From Terrimicrobiaceae bacterium (GTDB taxonomy: Bacteria; Verrucomicrobiota; Verrucomicrobiia; Chthoniobacterales; Terrimicrobiaceae): a stretch of DNA of 64,000 bases. The position numbers were made by a program, and so were the translations under genes. The notes under the pieces were generated by a model. It was given only the letters and a program-made list of their open reading frames with translations, was not told where the DNA came from and did not search any database. The stretch is from NCBI GenBank assembly GCA_041752695.1, contig JBGSVZ010000070.1:1-64000 (forward strand), in the 5' to 3' direction. Shown here piece after piece: positions 55,779-64,000 of the stretch (its first letter is position 1; every line of letters begins with the position of its first letter).

Positions 55779-55958
55779 GGCCTGGAGCCTCTCAGGGCGC
55801 GTCTGCCCAGCCAATCCCCGAGTCTTGCAAAATACGACGAAAGGCATGGACAAATCGGCCCGGATTTCCGTCTGGACGATGTCCTGCGCGTTTTTTGTCC
55901 ATGCTTTGCTTCCTGTCCTGCATGGCCAAACAGGAAGATTTCCGTATTCTGCACCCCC

Positions 55959-56657
55959 ATGACGAAGAAGGAGCTCAAGGGATTTACTATGGTCGAGGTC
56001 CTTGCCGCCATTGGCATCACGGTGGTCCTGGCCGCCCTGCTCCTCCCCGCCATCGGAAACGCCCGCAAGTCCGCCCAGAATTCTCAGTGCGTCTCAAATC
56101 TCCGGCAGCTCGGGACGGCCTGGCTGACGTTCGCCAACGACAATGGTGGGCGGCTCGCCTCTGTGAGTTGGGTGAACACGACAGGGAATTCGGACTACCC
56201 CGGCCTGCGGGAATACGTTGGGCTACCCGCCAGCCTGGGGGGCCAGCCGTGGCTGCGGGCCACCGTCTTTACCTGTCCGCGCCTGCAGGCGAATCCCGCC
56301 ACAGCCACCAAGGAGAACTTTTTCCGGAGCTACGGGGTCAACGAGCTGGCTTGTGATCTGCATTTTCCTGGCGCCACCTATGGGAACCAAAAACGCCGGC
56401 TCTCCAACATCACCCGACCGTCCCAGTTTGCCGTGGCCATGGATGGCTCGATTCCGACGGGGAGTTCTCCTTCTTCGCTCTACGCCGTTACTTGTTCAAA
56501 CCGCGAGGGCAAGGAGCAACTCGTCCAGCGCCCTCATGGTCCCGCCGCCAATATGGCGCATGTCCTCTTTGCCGATGGGCACGTGGCGGCGACCGAGGCG
56601 ACCGTTATTCTTGATACGTCCGGCACGTCCGTCTTCTGGCGTGACCCATCCAATTAA
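55959..56657 (+). CDS. Prepilin-type N-terminal cleavage/methylation protein with H-X9-DG-like C-terminus
   Basis: KG-FTMVEVL...LLLPAIGNARKSAQNSQCVSNLRQLG...DNGGRL; C-terminal RPHG....AHVLFADGHV. Confidence 0.92.
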   Translation: MTKKELKGFTMVEVLAAIGITVVLAALLLPAIGNARKSAQNSQCVSNLRQLGTAWLTFANDNGGRLASVSWVNTTGNSDYPGLREYVGLPASLGGQPWLRATVFTCPRLQANPATATKENFFRSYGVNELACDLHFPGATYGNQKRRLSNITRPSQFAVAMDGSIPTGSSPSSLYAVTCSNREGKEQLVQRPHGPAANMAHVLFADGHVAATEATVILDTSGTSVFWRDPSN

Positions 56658-56686
56658 GCCGGCGGCAACGCCTCGCCGGAGTTTTT

Positions 56687-58018
56687 ATGAGCAAAAATCA
56701 ATACGCCATCGCGGGGCTTTCCATCCGCGGCATCTACGCCTTCGTGCTTCCCCTGCTGGGACGCGCGTCGTCGTTCGGCAACAACGACTTCAGCGGGGAA
56801 GCGGATCTGACCGCCATCGTGGATCCTGATGCAGGGCGGGCCGAACATTTTTGCCGCACGGTCGGGCGGGACTTCCCCATTTATGCGCCGTCGAATTTTT
56901 CGCAAATGCTGGCGGAGACCGATCCCCAAACCGTCATCGTGACCGGGCCGGATTACACCCACCACGACTACATCGTGCAGTCCCTCCGAGCCGGGAAAAC
57001 GGTCATCACGGAAAAACCCATGGTCATTTCCGCCGAGCAGGCCCGCTCGGTGCTGACCGCAGAAAAGGAGAGCGGACAACGGGTTTTCCTGGCGCATAAT
57101 TATCGCTACATGCCCCTGATGCAGTCCCTGAAAAACCTGCTCCTGGAAGGCAAAGTCGGTCGCATTACTAACGTCGAATTCACCTACAACCTCGATACTT
57201 TCCACGGCTCGAGTTACTTTTTTCGCTGGAATCGCGAACGCGGAAAATCCGGCGGGCTCAACATTCACAAATGCTGCCACCATTTTGACCTCATCAATTG
57301 GCTGCTGGCGGATCACCCGGAGACGCTTTGTGCGTTTGGTCGCCGCAACTACTACGGTCCAGAAGGTGCACACCGCCCGCGAGGCGCGGACGGCCAGCCT
57401 CTCAGTCCGCAGGACACCAAGGAACAGGACCCGTATTTTCAACGTCATTACGCGGAACATTTTGCCGCCGACAGCAACGAAATCGGGACGGGGTGGGACG
57501 AGTTTAAAATCTCCTACGACCAGCAATATCCTGCTTCGGAGCCGCGGTATATTTACGATGACGTCATCGACATCGAAGACACCTACGGCGTGCTGATGGA
57601 ATACCGCCGGGGAGCCATCGTGACGTATTCCTGCAACTTTTCCACGCCTTGGGAGGGTTTCATTATTGGCATCAATGGCACCAAAGGGCGCCTGGAGATT
57701 GCCCATCACTCCAACCCCGATCCGACAGGCCGCCTGGTGCGGGCCCTGCCGACGGCGGAGATTGTCTTCTATCCCCTCTTCGGCGGTCGGGAGGTTATTC
57801 CCGTGCCGCCCGCCCAGGGTGGTCACGACGGAGCAGACCCCTTCATGCAGCGCGACCTCTTCCGCAGTCAGAGTGACGATTCCCGGCGGCTGGGACTGAT
57901 GGCCACTTCCTACGAAGGGGCCACGGCGGTCTGCCAGGGCGAGGGAGTCTTTCGCTCCCTCACGAGCAAACAAACCGTGACCCTCCAGGAACTGCTTGGC
58001 GAACACTACGTCCCTTAG
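56687..58018 (+). CDS. Gfo/Idh/MocA-family oxidoreductase
   Basis: VIVTGPDYTH, VITEKPM, HNYRY, HGSSYFFRWNR..SGGL.IHKCCHHFDLINW, GGHDGAD. Confidence 0.93.
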   Translation: MSKNQYAIAGLSIRGIYAFVLPLLGRASSFGNNDFSGEADLTAIVDPDAGRAEHFCRTVGRDFPIYAPSNFSQMLAETDPQTVIVTGPDYTHHDYIVQSLRAGKTVITEKPMVISAEQARSVLTAEKESGQRVFLAHNYRYMPLMQSLKNLLLEGKVGRITNVEFTYNLDTFHGSSYFFRWNRERGKSGGLNIHKCCHHFDLINWLLADHPETLCAFGRRNYYGPEGAHRPRGADGQPLSPQDTKEQDPYFQRHYAEHFAADSNEIGTGWDEFKISYDQQYPASEPRYIYDDVIDIEDTYGVLMEYRRGAIVTYSCNFSTPWEGFIIGINGTKGRLEIAHHSNPDPTGRLVRALPTAEIVFYPLFGGREVIPVPPAQGGHDGADPFMQRDLFRSQSDDSRRLGLMATSYEGATAVCQGEGVFRSLTSKQTVTLQELLGEHYVP

Positions 58019-58027
58019 ATTTTTTGC

Positions 58028-59380
58028 ATGATCAAGACGCTGCAAAAGTCTGTGTCTTGGTGGGCCATCGCCCTGCTCACCACCACAACCGGGGTGCAGT
58101 CCATCGTGGAGGCGACCTCGGGTGCTCCCCTCACCTTTACGCTGAAAAAGTTTATTGATGATCCTGCCCTCATCGCATTCCTCGGCAGCATCAATCTGGC
58201 GTTCAGCTTTCTCGTTGCGCCTTATGTAAGTTGGAAAAGCGACCGCATCTGGACCCGCTTTGGCCGTCGCAAACCCTTCCTCATTGCGGGGTGGTCCGTG
58301 CTGGCCCTGGCGCTGATTGCCTGTCCCCTGGCTCCCCAGCTTTGGATGCTGGTGGGGGTGGTGATCGTCTGGCAGTTTGCCACCGACTTCGGATATGGCG
58401 CAGTTTGGAGTCCCTTGCTTTACGAGGTCGTTCCACCCGCCCAGCGTGGTCGGGCGGTGGTGATCAAGCGCCTAATGAGTACGTCCGCGCTGGTGTTCTT
58501 CAACTATGTCCTTCTCTCGCAGTTCGACGCCATTCACAGCATCTCGCTGCCCTTGGCGGGAAACATCACCCTAACCGGCGAGCAGGTCATCTATTTTGTG
58601 GCGGCCGCGCTCGTTGTGTTCGCCGTCATCAACCTGGCGTGCAATGTCCGGGAGACCGAACCCGTCGGACATCACACCAAGGAAAAATTCCACCTCTTTC
58701 GTTATCTCCGCGAGGTTTTTGGCAGTCGGCAGTGGATCATGATTTACCTCCTGCTGTTTTGCTCGGTCAGCCTTTCCGCCAGTCTCGGTCAGCTTTCGCC
58801 CCTGCTCATCACCGAGCAGTTTGGCTACTCCAAAAAGCTTCTCGGCGAGATGCAGACCTGGCAACTCCTGCTGAATGTTTTTGTCGCCCTGCCGATCGCC
58901 GGCCTGATTGCAGACCGGTTCGACCGCTTCCGGGTTTTTCAAGTCGGGCTCTTTCTGTCCACCGTCCACGCCCTGGTTTTTTGGTTTTGGGTCAAAATGG
59001 GCACCCCGGGAGGCATCCCGGCTCCCGCCGTGATCATCGCCTTCGGACTGGCCAATGCCATCGTCGATACCATCGCCGCCCTCGCGCTGGAGCCCTTCTT
59101 TTATGACCTCACGCCGCCCAATCAGATGGGCACGATGAATTCCGGATTTCTCATCGTCTCCAACATTCTTAAGATGGGTTTGGTGACTGGGGTGGGCCTC
59201 TGGGTCAAATATTACTCCGCCTTCTTCGCCGCTCCCGGCACCTATGATTACATGAGCGGCTACCTCTTCATCTTTCTGGCCGGTCTGGTCGGCGTGGCTA
59301 TCAGTGTCTTTTTTGCCCATGAAAGGCGCGCCGGCCGCATCAAGCAGTATGGCGCCGACGCTCAACCTGCATCGGCTTAG
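58028..59380 (+). CDS. MFS transporter (sugar/oligosaccharide, GPH-like)
   Basis: SDRIWTRFGRRKPFL; about 12 TM segments; same subfamily as 19746..21158. Confidence 0.88.
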   Translation: MIKTLQKSVSWWAIALLTTTTGVQSIVEATSGAPLTFTLKKFIDDPALIAFLGSINLAFSFLVAPYVSWKSDRIWTRFGRRKPFLIAGWSVLALALIACPLAPQLWMLVGVVIVWQFATDFGYGAVWSPLLYEVVPPAQRGRAVVIKRLMSTSALVFFNYVLLSQFDAIHSISLPLAGNITLTGEQVIYFVAAALVVFAVINLACNVRETEPVGHHTKEKFHLFRYLREVFGSRQWIMIYLLLFCSVSLSASLGQLSPLLITEQFGYSKKLLGEMQTWQLLLNVFVALPIAGLIADRFDRFRVFQVGLFLSTVHALVFWFWVKMGTPGGIPAPAVIIAFGLANAIVDTIAALALEPFFYDLTPPNQMGTMNSGFLIVSNILKMGLVTGVGLWVKYYSAFFAAPGTYDYMSGYLFIFLAGLVGVAISVFFAHERRAGRIKQYGADAQPASA

Positions 59381-59413
59381 GACGAATCTGGCAGCCGACT
59401 GCCCCTTTCGTCC
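59380..59413 (+). other. Stem-loop between the MFS and PEP-CTERM genes
   Basis: GGACGAA..GGCAG-CCGA-CTGCC..TTCGTCC. Confidence 0.45.
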
Positions 59414-59496
59414 ATGTCATGTAGCATTTATTGCAGGGCTTGAGAATTGTTGAACGCCCTACCCGTGAGAGGGTTACGGGAAATAGCTCCATCATC

Positions 59497-60354
59497 ATGA
59501 ACATCAAATCCGTCTCGTTGTTGGCAGCTCTGGCTGTCAGTGGTCTCACCGCAAAAGCCGCTGTCCTGGTGGACAGCACATTTACCGACTCGACGCTCGG
59601 TGCCACAGGGCGAAATACGGCCAATTCCAGCAATCTGACACCCTGGTTCCTGGTTTCGTCTACCACTGCAGGAAATGCCACCGTGGTGAACGATAGTGGG
59701 AATCTGGGCAAAAGCATGCAGGTGAACAGCGGAAACACCATCTACACCGCATTCTCCACATCCACCCTCCTGACGGGTGAAACAATCACACTGACCCTTA
59801 GCTATCGGTTTCCCAGCACCCCCAGCGCATCCAGCGAAACATTCCGCATCGGCCTATATGACTCAAACACCGCCGCCGCCGTCACCGCGGACATCAGTCC
59901 CATCGCTTCAGCGGACCTCCAACAATATGATGGGTATTATGCCGGATTGGCCGTAGGAGTAAATCCGTCAGCAAGCGGAACCGCTCTCCGCCAGCGCAAC
60001 ACCGGCAACTCGAACGCCCTGACGAGCACAAGCGGGCTTACTGCGATCAGCTCCAATAACTCTGGCGTGGCCAGCGGCACCACCATCCATACCCTGGAAT
60101 ACTCCATCACCCGCACTTCCGCAACGGAGCTGTCCTTCGTGACAAAGATTGACGGAACCACCCTGCTGACTGGGACCGATTCCACTGGAATTTATACCAC
60201 TTTTAACTCGCTCGCGATCGCCGGAGTGGGCGGAACGATCATTCTGGACAACATCCTTTTAGAGACCGTGCCGGAGCCCGGCACAGCGTTGCTCTTGGCG
60301 CTTGGGGGAGCGTTCGTCCTCTACCGGACCCGCCGCCGCTTCGCCCGACTTTAA
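59497..60354 (+). CDS. PEP-CTERM sorting-domain surface protein
   Basis: Signal peptide; Ser/Thr-rich beta-sandwich-like body; C-terminus VPEPGTALLLALGGAFVLYRTRRR. Confidence 0.92.
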   Translation: MNIKSVSLLAALAVSGLTAKAAVLVDSTFTDSTLGATGRNTANSSNLTPWFLVSSTTAGNATVVNDSGNLGKSMQVNSGNTIYTAFSTSTLLTGETITLTLSYRFPSTPSASSETFRIGLYDSNTAAAVTADISPIASADLQQYDGYYAGLAVGVNPSASGTALRQRNTGNSNALTSTSGLTAISSNNSGVASGTTIHTLEYSITRTSATELSFVTKIDGTTLLTGTDSTGIYTTFNSLAIAGVGGTIILDNILLETVPEPGTALLLALGGAFVLYRTRRRFARL

Positions 60355-60533
60355 CTGAGTTTTAAACGTCGCGGATTCAGCGAAAGCAAGGGATTTCCAC
60401 ATCCCAAAGGATGTCCCTGCCCTCGTCCGGGGACAGCTAATCCGCAAAACAATCCGGCGATGGGCTTTTTCTCCATCCTATCAGACTTCGGCTCGATGGC
60501 GCCGGGTCCCACCCTGAGTTAGTCTGATTTTGT

Positions 60534-63374
60534 ATGCAGGTGAATAATACTAGCAGAAGAATTTTCGATACCGTGGTCTACGGAGACACCTGTGCGGCGT
60601 TTGGTGCCGCCGTGAGGCTTAGACAGCAGGGTGAGCAGGTGCTCCTCGTCAGCCGCCACACCGGCCTGATGAGGGAAACCTCATGGTCTTTTCTCCAATC
60701 CGCCCAAGCCGGCGTCACCTCACCTTGGATCGCTTTCCGGGATTTTCTCCAAGCCCGGCAGGCGTGGCAGGATGGACGGATCGACGGAGGCTGCGCCGAA
60801 GTGGCGGCTGGCGAGTACGGCCAGAAAATCGGTCTGCATTTTTTGTTGTATGCCGTGCCTTTTGGGTGGGAAGAGGACATGGGCCTGGTCAGCCGGGTTG
60901 GTTTTTTTACCAAGCAGGGCGAGGATTGGATTGCGGCACGGCGTTGGATCGATGCCAGCGGTGCCGGTGAACTCGCCAGGCTGTGGCAGGATCGAATCGT
61001 CGGGCCAAAGGTTGAGGCTTGGGAATCCGCCCTCTTCTTCCGGCATCGGGGGCCCGTTGAGACAGAAAGCCGGCAATGGTCGGCTCCCGCGGCAGGGGTG
61101 ACCGAGGCCATCTACGGGCCAAGCCTGTGGAAAAATGAAACCGTATTGCGGTACCGCGGCAATTCGGACAGTCACGGCCTGGCGATGTTGGAGTTTGTCC
61201 GGGCTCAGGCTGATCTCAAAACGGCAGTCGTCAGCCACGGCTCGTTTGTCCCCTTTGAGCATCGATCTGCTGAGACAGCCTCTCTAGCCTTGCTGCCCGG
61301 CAACACCTGCCAGGTAAACGACTTCCCGGCGGATGTCGGCGGGCTTTTCGATGCCGGTGTGCTCGCGGCCGAAACCCTGCAGGACAAGCCGGCCTCGACC
61401 GGACGACAAGGAACACGTCGGGAAGCGCCGCCGTCACGCCGCGAATCGTTCGACGTCGGAATTGTGGGACTCGGCACCGGCGGGGCATTGGCGGCTTTGG
61501 CGGCAGCGCGTGAGGGAGCCCGGGTCGCCGCGATCGATCTTTTGCCGGTGCTCGGGGGAGTGGGAACGGCAGGCGGCATCCACTTATATTATTTTGGCGT
61601 CGAAGGCGGATTGCAGCACGAGATTGACCGGCGGGTGGCGGACATCATGCCGCTCTTTGGCTCACGCAAAAACATCGCAGGTTTTCACCCGCTCGCCAAA
61701 TCCCTCATCGTGGAAGAAATGCTGAAGGAGGCGGGCGTACGGATTTTTCGGGAAACGATGTTGGGCCCGGTCCAGATGGATTCCGCTTCACGGATCGCCG
61801 CAGCCCGTGTCTTTACCTCGCAAGGACCGCTCGATCTGGAGGCCTCCGCATGGGTGGACTCCAGCGGAGACGGTGATCTGGCCACTGCCGCGGGAGTGCC
61901 ATTCGAGCGGAGCGCGCGTTCGGACGGTGGCCCGTCCGCCTTCAGCCAGGGATCAGGGCGTTTTCGTTGGAGAAACGGGGAGCTATTTCTCCGGATCCTG
62001 AATTTCGACGCCGGTTATGTCGATGCGACGGACTCGTGGGATTTGTCCCGGGCCCGGCTGCGCGGTCTTTCGCACTATCAGAGGGAGCAATTCACCGATG
62101 AAGAACGACCAACCTACATTGCCCCGTTGATCGGGGTCAGGCAGTCGCGCCACGTGCGCGCGAGATATCTGATCACTCTGGCCGACCTCGCCACCCGCCG
62201 CCGATTCGCCGATTCCGTAGGTTACACCGCCTGTCATTTCGACAGCCATGCGATCGATTTCGAATTTGAGTCCGACGAGGCCGCATTTTGGATTTGGGGA
62301 TGCCGGAACTGGCGCCTGCGCACGGCCTGCGAGATCCCCTACCGGGCCTTGCTGCCCGAGGGCGTCGACAATCTCCTGCTGGGCTGCCGGGTGATTGGGG
62401 CAACGCCGGATGCGCACCAATCATTCCGCATGCAACGTGACATGCAAAGGGTGGGAGAAATCGCGGGCATCGCTGCGGCGTTTGTGTCGCGGTTTGCCTG
62501 CGACGCCGCCGGTGTGCCCTATGAGTGGCTACGGGACCGGCTGCGAGACACGGGCGCGCTGGAGTCCGATGAACATTCGGACACAGGCTTCGGCTATCGC
62601 GTGGAACACGACACCTTTCACCAAACCGGCTCGAATCTTTCAGACTTGATCGAAAACGTTCGCGATGGCTTCGGGCTGCCAATGTATTTGCTCACCCTTT
62701 GCCGCGGTTCCGCCATCGAGCCGTTGCGTCATTTGCTGAACCAACCCGCTGCTTCGTGGCGGTCGGCGGTCGTCCTGGCCATGTTGGGAGATGAGGCCGC
62801 CGCACCCCGACTCGTGGAAGCGGTGAGGGAGCGCGAAATGGGATTTGCCCCAGACGACCAACGCCATCCCAATCGGTGTCCTCGCCTGGCCCCAAACTGG
62901 ATCTCCGCGCTGGTGTTTTTGCGCCGATGCGCCACTCCCGACGTGCTGGAAGTTCTCACAAACATTTCCGAAGATGACAATCTTGTGCACAATGCCCGCA
63001 CGGCCATCGCCCTTCTTTGCGAGTCCCTCGCAAACCGACTGGACCGCGATCCGGCCACGACGGGACGGGTCGGCCAAATTTTGCACAATCTTCAGCGAAC
63101 CCAAGCCCCGAACGCTGTGGGCCGACCTCAGCGCACGGTCACGGGAATTTCCGAAAAGGACGCGGACGATGGCATCTGGTATCCGGACGTGGTGGAGGAT
63201 TTTCGCTGGCAGCTTGATTTCGCGGTGAGCAGGGCCCGGGTCGCCTGGGACCTTGAGCTGGCGCCGGGAATCGAGCAATATCTCACCGATCATCGCGCCC
63301 CGGTTCGAAACGCTTTCGCATCCGTTCAAGAGAAAATGAGCGCGCCGTCCTGCCCCGAAGCCGTCCTTCTTTGA
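60534..63374 (+). CDS. FAD-dependent oxidoreductase (PF12831-like) with degenerate N-terminal duplicate domain and C-terminal HEAT-like helices
   Basis: N-terminal FDTVVYGDTCAA...WIDASGAGELA; central FDVGIVGLGTGG, LGGVGTAGG, VDSSGDGDLA, GVRQSR, IPYRALLP, NLLLGCR; C-terminal LAMLGDEAAAPRL. Confidence 0.85.
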   Translation: MQVNNTSRRIFDTVVYGDTCAAFGAAVRLRQQGEQVLLVSRHTGLMRETSWSFLQSAQAGVTSPWIAFRDFLQARQAWQDGRIDGGCAEVAAGEYGQKIGLHFLLYAVPFGWEEDMGLVSRVGFFTKQGEDWIAARRWIDASGAGELARLWQDRIVGPKVEAWESALFFRHRGPVETESRQWSAPAAGVTEAIYGPSLWKNETVLRYRGNSDSHGLAMLEFVRAQADLKTAVVSHGSFVPFEHRSAETASLALLPGNTCQVNDFPADVGGLFDAGVLAAETLQDKPASTGRQGTRREAPPSRRESFDVGIVGLGTGGALAALAAAREGARVAAIDLLPVLGGVGTAGGIHLYYFGVEGGLQHEIDRRVADIMPLFGSRKNIAGFHPLAKSLIVEEMLKEAGVRIFRETMLGPVQMDSASRIAAARVFTSQGPLDLEASAWVDSSGDGDLATAAGVPFERSARSDGGPSAFSQGSGRFRWRNGELFLRILNFDAGYVDATDSWDLSRARLRGLSHYQREQFTDEERPTYIAPLIGVRQSRHVRARYLITLADLATRRRFADSVGYTACHFDSHAIDFEFESDEAAFWIWGCRNWRLRTACEIPYRALLPEGVDNLLLGCRVIGATPDAHQSFRMQRDMQRVGEIAGIAAAFVSRFACDAAGVPYEWLRDRLRDTGALESDEHSDTGFGYRVEHDTFHQTGSNLSDLIENVRDGFGLPMYLLTLCRGSAIEPLRHLLNQPAASWRSAVVLAMLGDEAAAPRLVEAVREREMGFAPDDQRHPNRCPRLAPNWISALVFLRRCATPDVLEVLTNISEDDNLVHNARTAIALLCESLANRLDRDPATTGRVGQILHNLQRTQAPNAVGRPQRTVTGISEKDADDGIWYPDVVEDFRWQLDFAVSRARVAWDLELAPGIEQYLTDHRAPVRNAFASVQEKMSAPSCPEAVLL

Positions 63375-63388
63375 ACCCTGTAAACACT

Positions 63389-64000
63389 ATGAATATTCGA
63401 CACGCAATTTATGTGTCCACCCTGGTTCTTTCGGTGAGTCTTGAGCAGGTAATGGCCGATCCCGAATTTCAGCAGTTCCCTGAGACGAAGGGTGGGGTCC
63501 TGTTGGTCGGGGGAAAAGCCGGCAAGAATGAAGCCATCATCTTACAGGCCCTGGGTCTCATGCCCCAGCCGGCAAAGTTCGACATCCCGGCAAAGTTCGT
63601 CGCCACTCTAGCCGAGGGAGGCAGAACTTCAGACTACAGGGCGGTCATTTTCTGCGCGCAAGATTCTTCGGCCGCCGCACTGACCGAGGCGGAAGTCGCC
63701 GACATCGGTGGTCTGGTCAAATCTGGCGGCACCCTGGTCTTTCTGGGCGAATCCCTCGCGCGATTAAAGCCAACCCGCCAGGGATTGGGTTCTTTGGGAG
63801 AGATCCTCGGTGCGCGTGACCTGGGTCGCGGCGTGGATGGCAAACCCAACGAAGAAGCGGTGAAACTTTCTCCCGGTCTGGGCAAAAAAGTCCGCCCCTG
63901 GATGAGCGGCGGCTATTCCCTGGGTGGACTGACGACAGCCCGGGCCCTGATCGGTGACGGCACGCGGGCAAATGCCACCATCAACTCCCACGGCAACGGC
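63389..64000 (+). CDS. Exported hypothetical protein, GATase/ThuA-like, paralogue of 55038..55778 (truncated by window edge; not in ORF track)
   Basis: Hand translation: MNIRHAIYVSTLVLSVSLEQVMA...DYRAVIFCA...LVKSGGTLVFLG...TINSHGNG; frame open to 64000. Confidence 0.75.
   Translation, partial: MNIRHAIYVSTLVLSVSLEQVMADPEFQQFPETKGGVLLVGGKAGKNEAIILQALGLMPQPAKFDIPAKFVATLAEGGRTSDYRAVIFCAQDSSAAALTEAEVADIGGLVKSGGTLVFLGESLARLKPTRQGLGSLGEILGARDLGRGVDGKPNEEAVKLSPGLGKKVRPWMSGGYSLGGLTTARALIGDGTRANATINSHGNG

Noticed and set aside
55431..55958. 176-codon upstream extension of the pilin ORF
   Set aside because: It overlaps the opposite-strand gene, and the prepilin cleavage motif must be near the N-terminus (ATG 55959).
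59446..59454. Fifth copy of the CAACRATATGA motif (TTCAACAAT on the minus strand)
   Set aside because: It lacks the ATGA end and points away from the downstream gene.

Overview
GC-rich bacterial chromosome segment, most likely Verrucomicrobiota (Chthoniobacter/Terrimicrobium-like). This is inferred from a complete Verru_Chthon four-gene cassette, two PEP-CTERM proteins and an H-X9-DG-type pilin. From left to right: (1) an exopolysaccharide-type cluster (NDP-sugar pyrophosphorylase-like gene running off the left edge, priming sugar transferase, GT4, STAS anti-anti-sigma, Pol-beta-fold nucleotidyltransferase, GT2) abutting an H-NOX plus HNOBA-hybrid histidine kinase operon; (2) ygfZ, a cyclophilin, and tRNA-Tyr(GTA) followed by a structured repeat that duplicates the tRNA 3' end; (3) an HxlR/DinB/MFS module and a LacI/FAD-oxidoreductase pair; (4) a ~30 kb carbohydrate-utilisation locus (GH95, MFS, hydroxyacid dehydrogenase, LacI, pilin cassette D-B-C-A, FucP-like MFS, PEP-CTERM protein, three GH2, O-acetylesterase, beta-helix protein, (alpha/alpha)6 GH) with a shared CAACRATATGA motif and no TonB-dependent transporter/SusD; (5) an Fe-S-less (6-4)-photolyase-class gene, a clan-A-like GH, an epimerase-like protein, and USP/cNMP-binding/DHOD-like genes; (6) a second pilin + Gfo/Idh/MocA + MFS + PEP-CTERM + FAD-oxidoreductase locus running off the right edge. 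No CRISPR array, rRNA, integrase or intact transposase was seen. All product calls come from motif recognition by eye, not database searches.
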